Part shown: positions 28,505 through 37,380 of the stretch, piece by piece
How positions within the stretch are numbered: position 1 is the stretch's first letter
How the letters are laid out: each line of letters starts with the position of its first letter
Origin: a virus
IMG/VR virus record: IMGVR_UViG_3300010399_000033
Coordinates: 1-64,000 of that record
Direction: 5' to 3' (one strand)
Length of the DNA: 64,000 nucleotides
Program-made: the position numbers and the translations under genes
The notes under the pieces: model-generated
The model's input: only the letters and a program-made list of their open reading frames with translations
Told to the model about the DNA's origin: nothing
Databases searched by the model: none

Positions 28505-29731
28505 TCACTTGTTGTACCGGCTGTCGCCCCCACCTCGGGGGGACTGCCGGCGAGGCGCGACTGCTGCACGCGTTTGTGTCGGGCGTGCTTGCGGGCGCGG
28601 TGCGGCGCGGGTGACCTCATCGGCGCGGACCGTCCGTGTGGCGGTCGAGCGCGGCTGCTGACGCCGCGGTGCGCGGACTTCGGGCTCCGGGGCGGGCTCC
28701 TCCTCCTCGACGACCTCTTCCTCCTCGACGTATTCCTCCTCGCCTTCCGGCTGCTCCTCGCCCTCGTCCGATTCGGTGGCGTCGTAGTACTCGCCGTCTT
28801 CCTCGCTGCCGGACTCGTCGTCGACCGCGACTACCTCGCCTTCTGGCTGCTCCTCGTCAACGGCTTCCGGCTCCTCCTCGCCGTTTGAAGCGTCGTCCAG
28901 CTCGGGGTCAGCCTCCTCGACTTCGCCGTAGAGGATCTTGCGCAGGTGCTCGGGTTCGTAAAGGTTGAGCACAGACGAGATCGGATTTTCCGTGATGAAC
29001 GCAAGCACCTCGGCGACGTTCTTCGGATTAGGCAGGATCGGTGACGTCCGGCGATCAAAGCGGAAGGCACTGTACCGCGTATTGACGCGCTGGCCGGTGC
29101 GGGTGAACGTCAGATCGTATCCCTCGTCGGGGTGATCCACGAACAACAGCTCCCCAGTCACCGGGTCGACGGTGAGTGTGGCGATTTCGGTGTCCTGCTG
29201 ACCCGACATCGGCCACAACTGCGGCGTCAGCTTTTCCTCGCCCTTGCGGTCCAGGATCCAGCAGACGAACCGCTCCTTGGGAGCATAGCGCTTCGCCGCA
29301 TCGTCGTCGCCGGACTGTCGTGCCGCCTGGTGCTCCTCGCACGCCGCGCAGGCCTTGCCGAACATCTTGCGCATGCAGACGTAGGTGCCCTCGTCCGGGC
29401 CGATATAGCTGTGCATGAACACAGAGTACGAATAGTGCTCGGGATTGGCCCATGTAGGCGGCAGGATGCGAACGTGATTGTTTCCGACAGCCGGCTTGTA
29501 GACAGGGAATTGCGACTTGAACGGGCTGTCATAATTTCCACGACCTTGTCGCGGCTCGGCCGCCTTGCGCATCTGCTCCTCGCTGCGCGGCCGGTAGACG
29601 AAGCCGCCGGAGGGGCGTCGTGCCGGTGCTGGCGCACGTGTGGGCGCAGCGGCTGGTGCGGGACGCCGCCCAGACGGCGGTGCGGGTCCGCGCGTCCCCC
29701 CTCCTGTCGTGTTACGGGGCCTCATTGCCAT
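28505..29731 (-). CDS. gp32-like single-stranded DNA-binding protein
   Basis: GNNHVRILPP, H..GP..YVC...GK.C..CE, DHPDEGYDL...RTG..TRY, long acidic region. Confidence 0.7.
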   Translation of the reverse strand: MAMRPRNTTGGGTRGPAPPSGRRPAPAAAPTRAPAPARRPSGGFVYRPRSEEQMRKAAEPRQGRGNYDSPFKSQFPVYKPAVGNNHVRILPPTWANPEHYSYSVFMHSYIGPDEGTYVCMRKMFGKACAACEEHQAARQSGDDDAAKRYAPKERFVCWILDRKGEEKLTPQLWPMSGQQDTEIATLTVDPVTGELLFVDHPDEGYDLTFTRTGQRVNTRYSAFRFDRRTSPILPNPKNVAEVLAFITENPISSVLNLYEPEHLRKILYGEVEEADPELDDASNGEEEPEAVDEEQPEGEVVAVDDESGSEEDGEYYDATESDEGEEQPEGEEEYVEEEEVVEEEEPAPEPEVRAPRRQQPRSTATRTVRADEVTRAAPRPQARPTQTRAAVAPRRQSPRGGGDSRYNK

Positions 29732-29909
29732 GCGGTCTCTCCTTTGTTAGCTCTATGACGCTTTTGGTGAACTGGAGCTTGCGGTCGAAGTAAGCCTTGA
29801 ACACGGCATCGGCTATGAAGTTCAGGATGAAATGCGAACTCACGATGCCGAAAAGCAAAGCCAGAATAAAGATCCCCAGGCCCGTGGGGCCTTGCATGAG
29901 ATCCGTCAT
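29712..29909 (-). CDS. Small membrane protein
   Basis: 65 aa with one TM; coupled to neighbours. Confidence 0.45.
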   Translation of the reverse strand: MTDLMQGPTGLGIFILALLFGIVSSHFILNFIADAVFKAYFDRKLQFTKSVIELTKERPHGNEAP

Positions 29910-30469
29910 TCGCGACGCCTCCGCTCCTCAGCGTGCCGCGCCTTGATGTCGTCCGCGCGATGGCGCGTCATGTCGCGCCAAGAATCCTTGGCTTCGATAT
30001 CGCTGTAGTAGTTGGCGAGCCACAGCTGGACGAGTTCGCGAAGCATGTAGCTGCGCTGCCCGAATGACTCCTTGAGCGCCGCTAAAGTCCCGTAGGCCTC
30101 ATTGCGAATCTGTAGCTTGTCACGCAGAGCGATCACCGACGGATGCATGCGGACCCGGTTGGCGATGGCATTTTCGGTGGGCTTCTTCTCACCCTCATCG
30201 AGTGGCTCGTTGCGGATCTCGGCATCGACCCGAGCCTCGATGTCCTTGAGATCCTGGCTTGCCTGGTCGCGCAAAGACTGCGCGCGGGTGAGTTCCTTGC
30301 TGACCTTGTAGAACAGCACCGGCTGCTCGCGGCAGCAAGCTTCGAGTGTGTTCTCGTCGATCGACAGGAGGTCCTCCAGTTCCTCAATCCGGATACCGAT
30401 CGGCTCCGATGCGGAAGACGAGCGCTGACCTGTTGGCGCGCGCGTGGTGGGGCGATTGGGCGTCGGCAT
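29906..30469 (-). CDS. UvsY-like recombination mediator
   Basis: L.IDE..L...C.EQP.LFY, KPTE.AI, helical; clustered with recA and SSB. Confidence 0.55.
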   Translation of the reverse strand: MPTPNRPTTRAPTGQRSSSASEPIGIRIEELEDLLSIDENTLEACCREQPVLFYKVSKELTRAQSLRDQASQDLKDIEARVDAEIRNEPLDEGEKKPTENAIANRVRMHPSVIALRDKLQIRNEAYGTLAALKESFGQRSYMLRELVQLWLANYYSDIEAKDSWRDMTRHRADDIKARHAEERRRRE

Positions 30470-30497
30470 TCTGTGCTCCTCTGATACTGTAAACATA

Positions 30498-30959
30498 TCA
30501 GAGCTTGACACCGAAAGCGGCGGCTATCTCCAACACCGCCTCGAACTCCATGCGGCGCACATCGATCGCTGTGGGCTTGGTGCGCTGTGCATGCGCGTTC
30601 TCGATCCGAGCACACGATGAGCTGAACTTCTGACGTGCGCGGTTCAGGTAAGTGTCGCGCTGCATTTCCTCGACGATTTGCTTGTCGGTGAGCGCTTTGA
30701 TACGGGCACGGATGTCGTCGAGTGTGATCTGTGTGGATGGTCCGTCGAATACCGCGGCCGGCTTGACGTCATCCGCAGCTCCTGATGGTTTGAATGGCGG
30801 CGGCGGGGTGACGCGGACCTCCGTCCAGTTCAGAATACCTGCACCAGCGCTGCGCCCCGCCTTTCGGCAGTTCGGACAAATCGATGGCGGAGAGTTGCGG
30901 TCATCAGTCTTCGCATAGCTGTGGCGACACACACCGCATGTTGCTTTCCATCTGGCCAT
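30498..30959 (-). CDS. Zn-ribbon hypothetical protein
   Basis: CGVC...CPNC. Confidence 0.5.
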   Translation of the reverse strand: MARWKATCGVCRHSYAKTDDRNSPPSICPNCRKAGRSAGAGILNWTEVRVTPPPPFKPSGAADDVKPAAVFDGPSTQITLDDIRARIKALTDKQIVEEMQRDTYLNRARQKFSSSCARIENAHAQRTKPTAIDVRRMEFEAVLEIAAAFGVKL

Positions 30960-31327
30960 CACGCGCGCTCCGGAACCGGCATCCAGCGCTTGGCGTTGTC
31001 GAGATCCTTCTGTTGGTAGCTGTCGTCGAGGGTCACCCAACAGAACCCAGTGGTTTCCGTCCCGTCCAGTGTGTCGTAGGATCTTCCATTCTCCCAGCGG
31101 GCCTGCACCCACCCCTCAGCCAGCTCGATCAGCACATCGTTGCCGTCGAATGGCGCACCCGGTGGAAGGACGATCGATCCCTTCTCATCGTGGCTATACA
31201 TGACCGGCCGCGGATTACGATTAGGACCAAGACCCGCCTGAAGTGCCGATCGCAAATCGCAAATCAGCAACAGCCCGGTCCCATCATCGCGCTCAGCGAG
31301 CTTTTCTACGACCTTTTCCCAGTTCAT
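30959..31327 (-). CDS. Hypothetical protein
   Basis: APFDG..VLI...GWV.A.W...WMPVP (DUF551-like ending). Confidence 0.5.
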   Translation of the reverse strand: MNWEKVVEKLAERDDGTGLLLICDLRSALQAGLGPNRNPRPVMYSHDEKGSIVLPPGAPFDGNDVLIELAEGWVQARWENGRSYDTLDGTETTGFCWVTLDDSYQQKDLDNAKRWMPVPERA

Positions 31328-32262
31328 TGTCCCCCTCCTGCGAACAGCACCTGGCCGATGGACCGGATCAGCGGCGCCTTGCCGTCCGACCGGTTGTACG
31401 GCTGCGAGAACGCCTCCAGGAGGCTCAGGAAGTAGCACGCCTGTTGATCGCCGTTGGCACCCATCGCCGCTTTCGCCATATAGCGCGTGACGATGATGCG
31501 TGTCGACTCGGGATCCTCGTCGATCTCCGCGACCAGCGACATTGCGCGCTTCCACCCGCCGCGGCCGTTGTCGGCGAGCATCTGGCACAGTTTCCGTACC
31601 GTGTCACTGCCCTGCGCGCTGGTGAGCAGCTCGGATGCCTCCTCGCGCGTGGTCGCCTTCGCGCAGGTGGCAAGGAACGACAGCGCCTGCCGCGGTGAGC
31701 CAGCGGACTCGTCCGCGATCATGCTGGCGACACCTTCGGGCAGATTGATGCCCTCAAAGCCGGCGATGTCCTCGACTAGCTGGCAGAGCATGTCGACATC
31801 AAGCTCGCGCAGCGTGAGCTGGACCGAGCGCGTCATGATGGTGCGCGGGATCTTGCCGATCTCGGTGGTGCAGAAGAACCAATAGACGTGTGCCGGCGGT
31901 TCCTCCACGATCTTGAGCAGCGCCTCCCATGCCGGAGTCGACAGCCGTTGTGCCTCGTCGAGAATGTAGACCAGGACTTCCGAGTCGAGCGGCTTGTACT
32001 GCGCCATGCTGATCAGCTCACGCATGGACTCGACGCCGCTGTAAACCGCAGCTGCCACCTCGACGATGGCGGACGGTTCCGCACCGAGCTGCTTCGCCGC
32101 AATGCGTGCCAGCGTGGTCTTGCCGGTGCCTGACGGGCCTGCCAGCACGTAGGAGTGCGAACTGTCGTCCTCGATCATCCCCTGCAGCGCGCGGACGATG
32201 TCCTCATGTCCGTAAACTTCAGTATATTCGCTCGGCCGGTATTTGTCATGCAACGCGCTCAA
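31324..32262 (-). CDS. Clamp-loader AAA+ subunit (DnaX gamma/tau-like)
   Basis: LHDKYRP, GPSGTGKTT.ARI.AK, ILDEAQRLS..A..ALLK..EEPP.HV; TTG start overlaps the polymerase stop. Confidence 0.85.
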   Translation of the reverse strand: MSALHDKYRPSEYTEVYGHEDIVRALQGMIEDDSSHSYVLAGPSGTGKTTLARIAAKQLGAEPSAIVEVAAAVYSGVESMRELISMAQYKPLDSEVLVYILDEAQRLSTPAWEALLKIVEEPPAHVYWFFCTTEIGKIPRTIMTRSVQLTLRELDVDMLCQLVEDIAGFEGINLPEGVASMIADESAGSPRQALSFLATCAKATTREEASELLTSAQGSDTVRKLCQMLADNGRGGWKRAMSLVAEIDEDPESTRIIVTRYMAKAAMGANGDQQACYFLSLLEAFSQPYNRSDGKAPLIRSIGQVLFAGGGQ

Positions 32263-34841
32263 AATGGGATCTCCTCGTCGTCGATCTGAGTGGGCGGCGG
32301 TGCCAGCTCCGCACGCTTCTTCGGCGGAGGCTTCTTGACCTTGCCGTCCCACGTGTCGGATTCGTACTTGCCTACATCCTCCATATCGAACCAGTCATCG
32401 CCAACCGACATCTCGACTGAGATCGGCACGACATGCGCCCACTCGAATGGAACGTCGAGCATTTCGGCAATCACGATGGGCGCCAGCTTATCGATGTCCT
32501 GTGGCTGCCACCAGAATGTCAGGTCGTCGTGGATCATCAGGTTGGGGATCAGCCGCTCGTCCTCTCGCCGGGTCAGCCGCACCATGGCATCGCCGACGAT
32601 CAGGACTTCATCGCTTTGGATCGGTGTGTTGATGATCTCGGTCCATGCGACCGGCGCCCACCGGCGGAACTCTGACCGGCCCGTGACGTATCCGGTCTCG
32701 TGATAGCTGTCACGTGTCTTGTCCTGCCAGTTCTTGACATGCGGAAACGCAGCCAAGAACATCTCGGACACTTTGTAGCCAATTTCCTCGGGGATGCCGA
32801 GATATCCGGCAACGGACTTCCCAGTTGCACCGAAAAACGTGGGGAACACGAACTTGTTCTTGGTCTCCTGTCGATACCATTTGAACAGCTTTGGATCGGT
32901 GGCCAGCTTTGCGGCGCCTTCCTTGATCCATCGCGGATATAGCCGCACGATCTGCTCGCACCATTCGGCGTGCGTGTCGGTGCGATCCCAGAACGACTGG
33001 ATCAGCGCCTCGTCAAGCGACTCCATCGCGACATTGCGCGCCTGGATCTGTCCATAGTCAAACGACACGCATTTGTACCCAAGCTTCCGCATCATCTTGC
33101 GGACTTTTTTGAATTCGTTGTGCTTGGAATAATTCTGCGTGTTGGGCTCGGCGCTTGACGTCCGCCAAGTGCGGGTTCTGATCAGCTGCAACAGCTGGTG
33201 CAGCAATCCGTCAGGCCAAACACACGACGTCTCGCTCCCGACCATTGCCGGCAGCACGTAGGTCGACAGCGCCTTGTTGATATGACGCCAATCCACGGTC
33301 AGCTTCGCAAGCGGGTGGTCGACCTGTTCCAGACCTTCCTCGTCACTCACCTTGCCGGGGAAGTTGAGCATGCTCCCAAACAGGATGCTGGCATCCTGCG
33401 GAGCGACAGGCCGGTATGGGTGCCCAGTTCGCGTTTTGAAGTCGGATACAATCTCGAAGCTGGCAATCTCATCGCCAATCGCTTCCCTTTTTCCATGTAG
33501 CTCGCCGTGTATCTCGCTGACAACGTCCTGGTCGACCGGCACGCCCTTGAGCTGACAGAGCACCGCGGCCCGCTGCCGCTCCATGTGGTGATTGTAGACG
33601 TCACCAAGGCTCTGCTTGATGATAATCGCCTCTTGCTTCAGGAACAACAGCCGGTGGAACTTGGAGTCCATACCGTTGTAGCGCAACACCAGATCCAACG
33701 GCGTCTCGTCGAGCCGGGTGACGTCGACGTTGTTTATAGCTTTGATGTTGATCCCAAAGTGCTGCAGACACAGAAAGTCCAAGCTGAGGGTGCCGGGACG
33801 TCCGTCGAGTAGGAACGCCTGCGCCTGCGCGTCGTCCCACACCGTGTTGATGCACTCCCATCCGTAGAAATAAGCCAGGAACTCCATTTCCAGCGGAGAG
33901 AAGCAGATCTTTGCGCAGTCCGGACTCAGCAGGTATTCGACCAGCGCGCGTTCGACGCGTGCCGTGTCTTTCTGCGACCAAGCGCAGTCCCTGTGATAGA
34001 GCGGGAATGCGAATGTGCCGTCCTCGCTCGAAATGGACGCAGACAGGATGCATGCGTTCTCGTCGTATGGACGTGTCCGCGTGGTTTCGAGGTCGACGCC
34101 GTGAACCCCGCCGACGTCGCGCAAGGTTTGCAGGACGTTGATGGCCTCGTCCGGACTGGTTATCAGCTCAATGTCAGCAAGCGCATCCTCACGCGTCCAT
34201 ACGACGGGTTCGGGGAGTCCGGCATCCATCGCGTCGATCGCGTTCCGGATGTCGAGCTGAAACAAGAACAGCTGTTGCTCGTATAGATGCGGATTGTCCC
34301 GCACGTGCAGGACTCCTGCCGGATGCAACATAGGGAAGAACCAGCAGACGTGCTCACCGACGCGGATCGGCAGGCGACGGCCGCGCCACTTGGCGATTCC
34401 GTTCTGTCGTGTCGCCCAGTGCAACGGAACGTTCCCCATGCCCCAAATGATTGGAGGCTTGGTTCTCTCGATATCGGCAGCTACGCTGGGTCGACAGCAT
34501 TCAACCTCGGTCTCAGTCGGCGTCCGGTTCTTTGGTGGGCGCGTGCGAACCGCGTTGTTCCACCTCATATTGTCAATGAGGTCTTGCGTCAGCTCGCCGC
34601 GGAAAAGACGACCGGACTCGCCGATGAACTGTCGTCCTTCCCGGTCTTCATCTGCTCCAGGAGCTTCGCCTAGCGAATAGATCCACGGCTCCTCCGAGCC
34701 TGTGGCTTCCATGTGTGGATTGCGGTTTCCCGGCACGTGATTGAGCGGACACACGCCGCACTGGTGGCGGTGCAGGAACTCCGGCGAATAGCCGCGTGAC
34801 AAAGGCGACTCAGGCTTGTCCCCAAATACGAAGAACCCCAT
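32259..34841 (-). CDS. Family A DNA polymerase with N-terminal family-4 uracil-DNA glycosylase-like domain and 3'-5' exonuclease
   Basis: UDG: CGVC, GEAPG..ED..G..F.G.SG, HPA. Exo: DLET, YNGMD. Pol: T.T.RTSS.EPN.QN, DYGQIQAR, R...KN.FVFP.FFG, IHDD. Confidence 0.9.
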   Translation of the reverse strand: MGFFVFGDKPESPLSRGYSPEFLHRHQCGVCPLNHVPGNRNPHMEATGSEEPWIYSLGEAPGADEDREGRQFIGESGRLFRGELTQDLIDNMRWNNAVRTRPPKNRTPTETEVECCRPSVAADIERTKPPIIWGMGNVPLHWATRQNGIAKWRGRRLPIRVGEHVCWFFPMLHPAGVLHVRDNPHLYEQQLFLFQLDIRNAIDAMDAGLPEPVVWTREDALADIELITSPDEAINVLQTLRDVGGVHGVDLETTRTRPYDENACILSASISSEDGTFAFPLYHRDCAWSQKDTARVERALVEYLLSPDCAKICFSPLEMEFLAYFYGWECINTVWDDAQAQAFLLDGRPGTLSLDFLCLQHFGINIKAINNVDVTRLDETPLDLVLRYNGMDSKFHRLLFLKQEAIIIKQSLGDVYNHHMERQRAAVLCQLKGVPVDQDVVSEIHGELHGKREAIGDEIASFEIVSDFKTRTGHPYRPVAPQDASILFGSMLNFPGKVSDEEGLEQVDHPLAKLTVDWRHINKALSTYVLPAMVGSETSCVWPDGLLHQLLQLIRTRTWRTSSAEPNTQNYSKHNEFKKVRKMMRKLGYKCVSFDYGQIQARNVAMESLDEALIQSFWDRTDTHAEWCEQIVRLYPRWIKEGAAKLATDPKLFKWYRQETKNKFVFPTFFGATGKSVAGYLGIPEEIGYKVSEMFLAAFPHVKNWQDKTRDSYHETGYVTGRSEFRRWAPVAWTEIINTPIQSDEVLIVGDAMVRLTRREDERLIPNLMIHDDLTFWWQPQDIDKLAPIVIAEMLDVPFEWAHVVPISVEMSVGDDWFDMEDVGKYESDTWDGKVKKPPPKKRAELAPPPTQIDDEEIPF

Positions 34842-35348
34842 TCACAGCGCCTCCCTTCGTATGATGCTTCGCACGAACTCCTTGTCCAGACAGCTGATGG
34901 ATGGGACGCCGCAGATCCGCTGGTGCCCCTCTCGGATGTCCCGGCGCGTGACATAGGCCTTGTCTGGAATGGGCGGAAGACGCCTCGGACCGCTTTTGGA
35001 GATCGGGACAGGAGTCCTTCCCGGAGACACCCAGCCGAGCCCGCGCCCACACGCCCGTTTGATGAACGTGTCCGAATGCACGGCGAGCGCCGCACGCGTC
35101 GTCTTGCCATCCTGCTGGAATCCACCGTGCTCGACGAGGATGTCGTCGTCGGTGATCGGCCGCACGATCAGCGCCGGCACCTTACCATTACTGTCCGGCA
35201 GGGTGCCATTGAGCACCATGACGTCGATCTCGACACCGGGCGCCACCAGGCCCCGGTGTTGATGATCCAGCAGACATAGGATGCCATCAAGCAGGCATAC
35301 TAAGGACTTGCTGCGCCCGACAACGGGCGTGATTCGGAGCATCTTCAT
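34842..35348 (-). CDS. Hypothetical protein
   Basis: ATGA-coupled between the clamp and polymerase genes. Confidence 0.5.
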   Translation of the reverse strand: MKMLRITPVVGRSKSLVCLLDGILCLLDHQHRGLVAPGVEIDVMVLNGTLPDSNGKVPALIVRPITDDDILVEHGGFQQDGKTTRAALAVHSDTFIKRACGRGLGWVSPGRTPVPISKSGPRRLPPIPDKAYVTRRDIREGHQRICGVPSISCLDKEFVRSIIRREAL

Positions 35349-36406
35349 GTCCCGCAGTTGGCGACCATGTACACGGACGACGGGCCATCCGTCGCGCGTT
35401 TCAGCACCGCGCAGCTGGGACCGAACATGATGCGGTTGAAGCGTTGGCAGCCTGCGAGGAGCACGCTGGCGTAAATATCGGTCTCGATGTCGGGGTGCCC
35501 CTTCAGCTGAAGCTCGTCGCTTGCCGAGCCGCGCTTGGACTCGACGGCGAGTGTGCATTTGCCGGCACGGATCCGCACCTTGGTCCGTTCCTCGGCACCC
35601 TTGATCGAGCTGATGCGCGAGAGCACACCCAGCGCGACGTTGAGCCGCTCGGGGATGTCGATCATGCCGCGGTCGACGTTCTTTGGCATGTGCGTGCGTA
35701 CCGCCGCTGCGAAGTCGAGCGGAGCCTTGGACTCCACTAGCTTTCCGAACAGGCGGACGTCACCGGATTGGAACAGCGCGTAGTTTGCGCCAAACGCGAT
35801 CTTCTTGTTATCTCCGCCACGCAAGCGGAGCATCTGCTCACAGAATGTCGGATTGAGGATCATCCGGCGATCAGCAGCGGTGGCCAATGGCAGCCGTGCG
35901 TGCGCGATGGTCTTCTTGTCAGTTGTGTAGAGATCGACGTCGCCGTCGCTGATGACCATGGTGATTCCGAGCTGGTCTGGCACCACAGCATATTTGCTGA
36001 CCGCTTGCAGGCAGTCCTCGATCGCAGTGAAGAAGTCGTCGTTCTGGAGGGCGGTCGCTGCATTCATCGCCGGCATCTTGAACACCGACGTTATCCGCTC
36101 CAACGGCAGCATTGCTAGCTTGACATCGGTCTTGCCGGCGCGGATGCGTACCGACGTCCCAGCCGGCGTGAGGTCGACGCCGCGCGTAGCATGCGTCGAG
36201 ATCGACAGCAGGTCCATCAGGATCTTGCCCGGAACCAGCCCCTTGAATTCGGTCTGCAGCGGAACGGTCATGCCAACCTTCTCGGAGAAGGTCACGACAT
36301 GCGTTCCGGTGAACGCAAAGTGCGTGAGTGCCGGAAGCAAGTCGTTCTCGGCGAGCGCCGGTGCGACGGAATTAAGCTTTTCGATCAGCAGCTCGCGTTC
36401 AATCAT
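35345..36406 (-). CDS. DNA polymerase III beta sliding clamp-like protein
   Basis: 353 aa; MIERE.L...LN.V..A....LP.L.H, VPGK.L.DLL, LYTTD; next to polymerase and clamp loader. Confidence 0.7.
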   Translation of the reverse strand: MIERELLIEKLNSVAPALAENDLLPALTHFAFTGTHVVTFSEKVGMTVPLQTEFKGLVPGKILMDLLSISTHATRGVDLTPAGTSVRIRAGKTDVKLAMLPLERITSVFKMPAMNAATALQNDDFFTAIEDCLQAVSKYAVVPDQLGITMVISDGDVDLYTTDKKTIAHARLPLATAADRRMILNPTFCEQMLRLRGGDNKKIAFGANYALFQSGDVRLFGKLVESKAPLDFAAAVRTHMPKNVDRGMIDIPERLNVALGVLSRISSIKGAEERTKVRIRAGKCTLAVESKRGSASDELQLKGHPDIETDIYASVLLAGCQRFNRIMFGPSCAVLKRATDGPSSVYMVANCGT

Positions 36407-36606
36407 TTCGTCTCCTTGGACCTTTCGTATTCCGCGATCTCCTCATCGAGTTCTGCGATGATCCCGTCGAGGGCTTGGTACTCGGCTTCCCACAAGATTG
36501 GATGCACGTCGCTCGGTCGCACAGACCGCGCATGCTTTGAGCGGGCGTGTGCAAACTTGCGACGCTGCTCACGCGTGATATTGAGCTGATGGTCGTTCGC
36601 TATCAT
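36403..36606 (-). CDS. Small hypothetical protein
   Basis: MI.ND.Q..IT......F...I.EL.EEIAEYE. Confidence 0.5.
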   Translation of the reverse strand: MIANDHQLNITREQRRKFAHARSKHARSVRPSDVHPILWEAEYQALDGIIAELDEEIAEYERSKETK

Positions 36607-36628
36607 GGCGAATCGCTGAAAAAGAAGG

Positions 36629-36701
36629 GGCCAGTTGCAGGAGTTGAACCTGCATCTTCTGCTTACAAGGCAGTTGCTCTATCCAATTGAGCTAAACCGG
36701 C
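36629..36701 (-). tRNA. tRNA-Thr(UGU)
   Basis: GCCGGTT-TAGCTCAATTGGATAGAGC-AACTGC-CT TGT AA-GCAGA-AGATGCAGG-TTCAACT-CCTGC-AACTGGC. CCA is not encoded (ends C-CCT). Confidence 0.9.
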
Positions 36702-36723
36702 ACCTTCGGCCCGCCGCTCCGGG

Positions 36724-37380
36724 TCAGAGGCTGATGCCCTTGAGGTGTCCGCGCTCCTTGAGCATGCGCAAGGTGCTCAGGGTGGCCGACCGAATGGACG
36801 AGACGGTCAGCGGGGAGCACTTGACGCCGCGCTGGCGCAGATCGGTGTTGATGTCGGCGGAGGTCACCTGCGGGTTCTCGATCACGGCACGCCGGATGAT
36901 GGTGGGCGCGCCTTCGCTCTCACCGCCGGACTTGGTGCGCGGCGCGGCAGCCGGCTTCGCCGCCTTGGGCGGAGCTGCAGCCTTCTTGTTGCCGGCCGGC
37001 GCGGCGCCGTTGGCCTTGGCAGCCGCCTTCGCGACGGCCTTGGCGGCGCCGGACTTCGGCGGCGCGGTTCCCTTCTTCGCAGGCTTTGCGGGCTTCGCAG
37101 TGGTGGTCACGGTATCCTCGCTGATTTCTTCGGGTTGCTCCTCCGGCTCAGTAGCAGTTTCGCTGACGTCGGGGAAGTCCGGGATTGCCTTCCCGTCATT
37201 GTAGAGCGGAGACGCGGCATTGAACCAGTTCTGTGCCGGTTCCGACAGCTGCTTCCACTTGTCGTCCGGAACGCCGTCAAGCGCGTGCAGCACGGCCTCC
37301 AGGAACTTGACGCGATCCTTTCGCAGCTTGACTCCGGTGACTGCGATGACTTCCTGCTCGATCGTCTGTGGAGTGGTCAT
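36724..37380 (-). CDS. Histone H1-like (Ala/Lys/Pro-rich) DNA-binding protein
   Basis: AKPAKPAKK / AAKAVAKAAAK linker between two small folded domains. Confidence 0.55.
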   Translation of the reverse strand: MTTPQTIEQEVIAVTGVKLRKDRVKFLEAVLHALDGVPDDKWKQLSEPAQNWFNAASPLYNDGKAIPDFPDVSETATEPEEQPEEISEDTVTTTAKPAKPAKKGTAPPKSGAAKAVAKAAAKANGAAPAGNKKAAAPPKAAKPAAAPRTKSGGESEGAPTIIRRAVIENPQVTSADINTDLRQRGVKCSPLTVSSIRSATLSTLRMLKERGHLKGISL

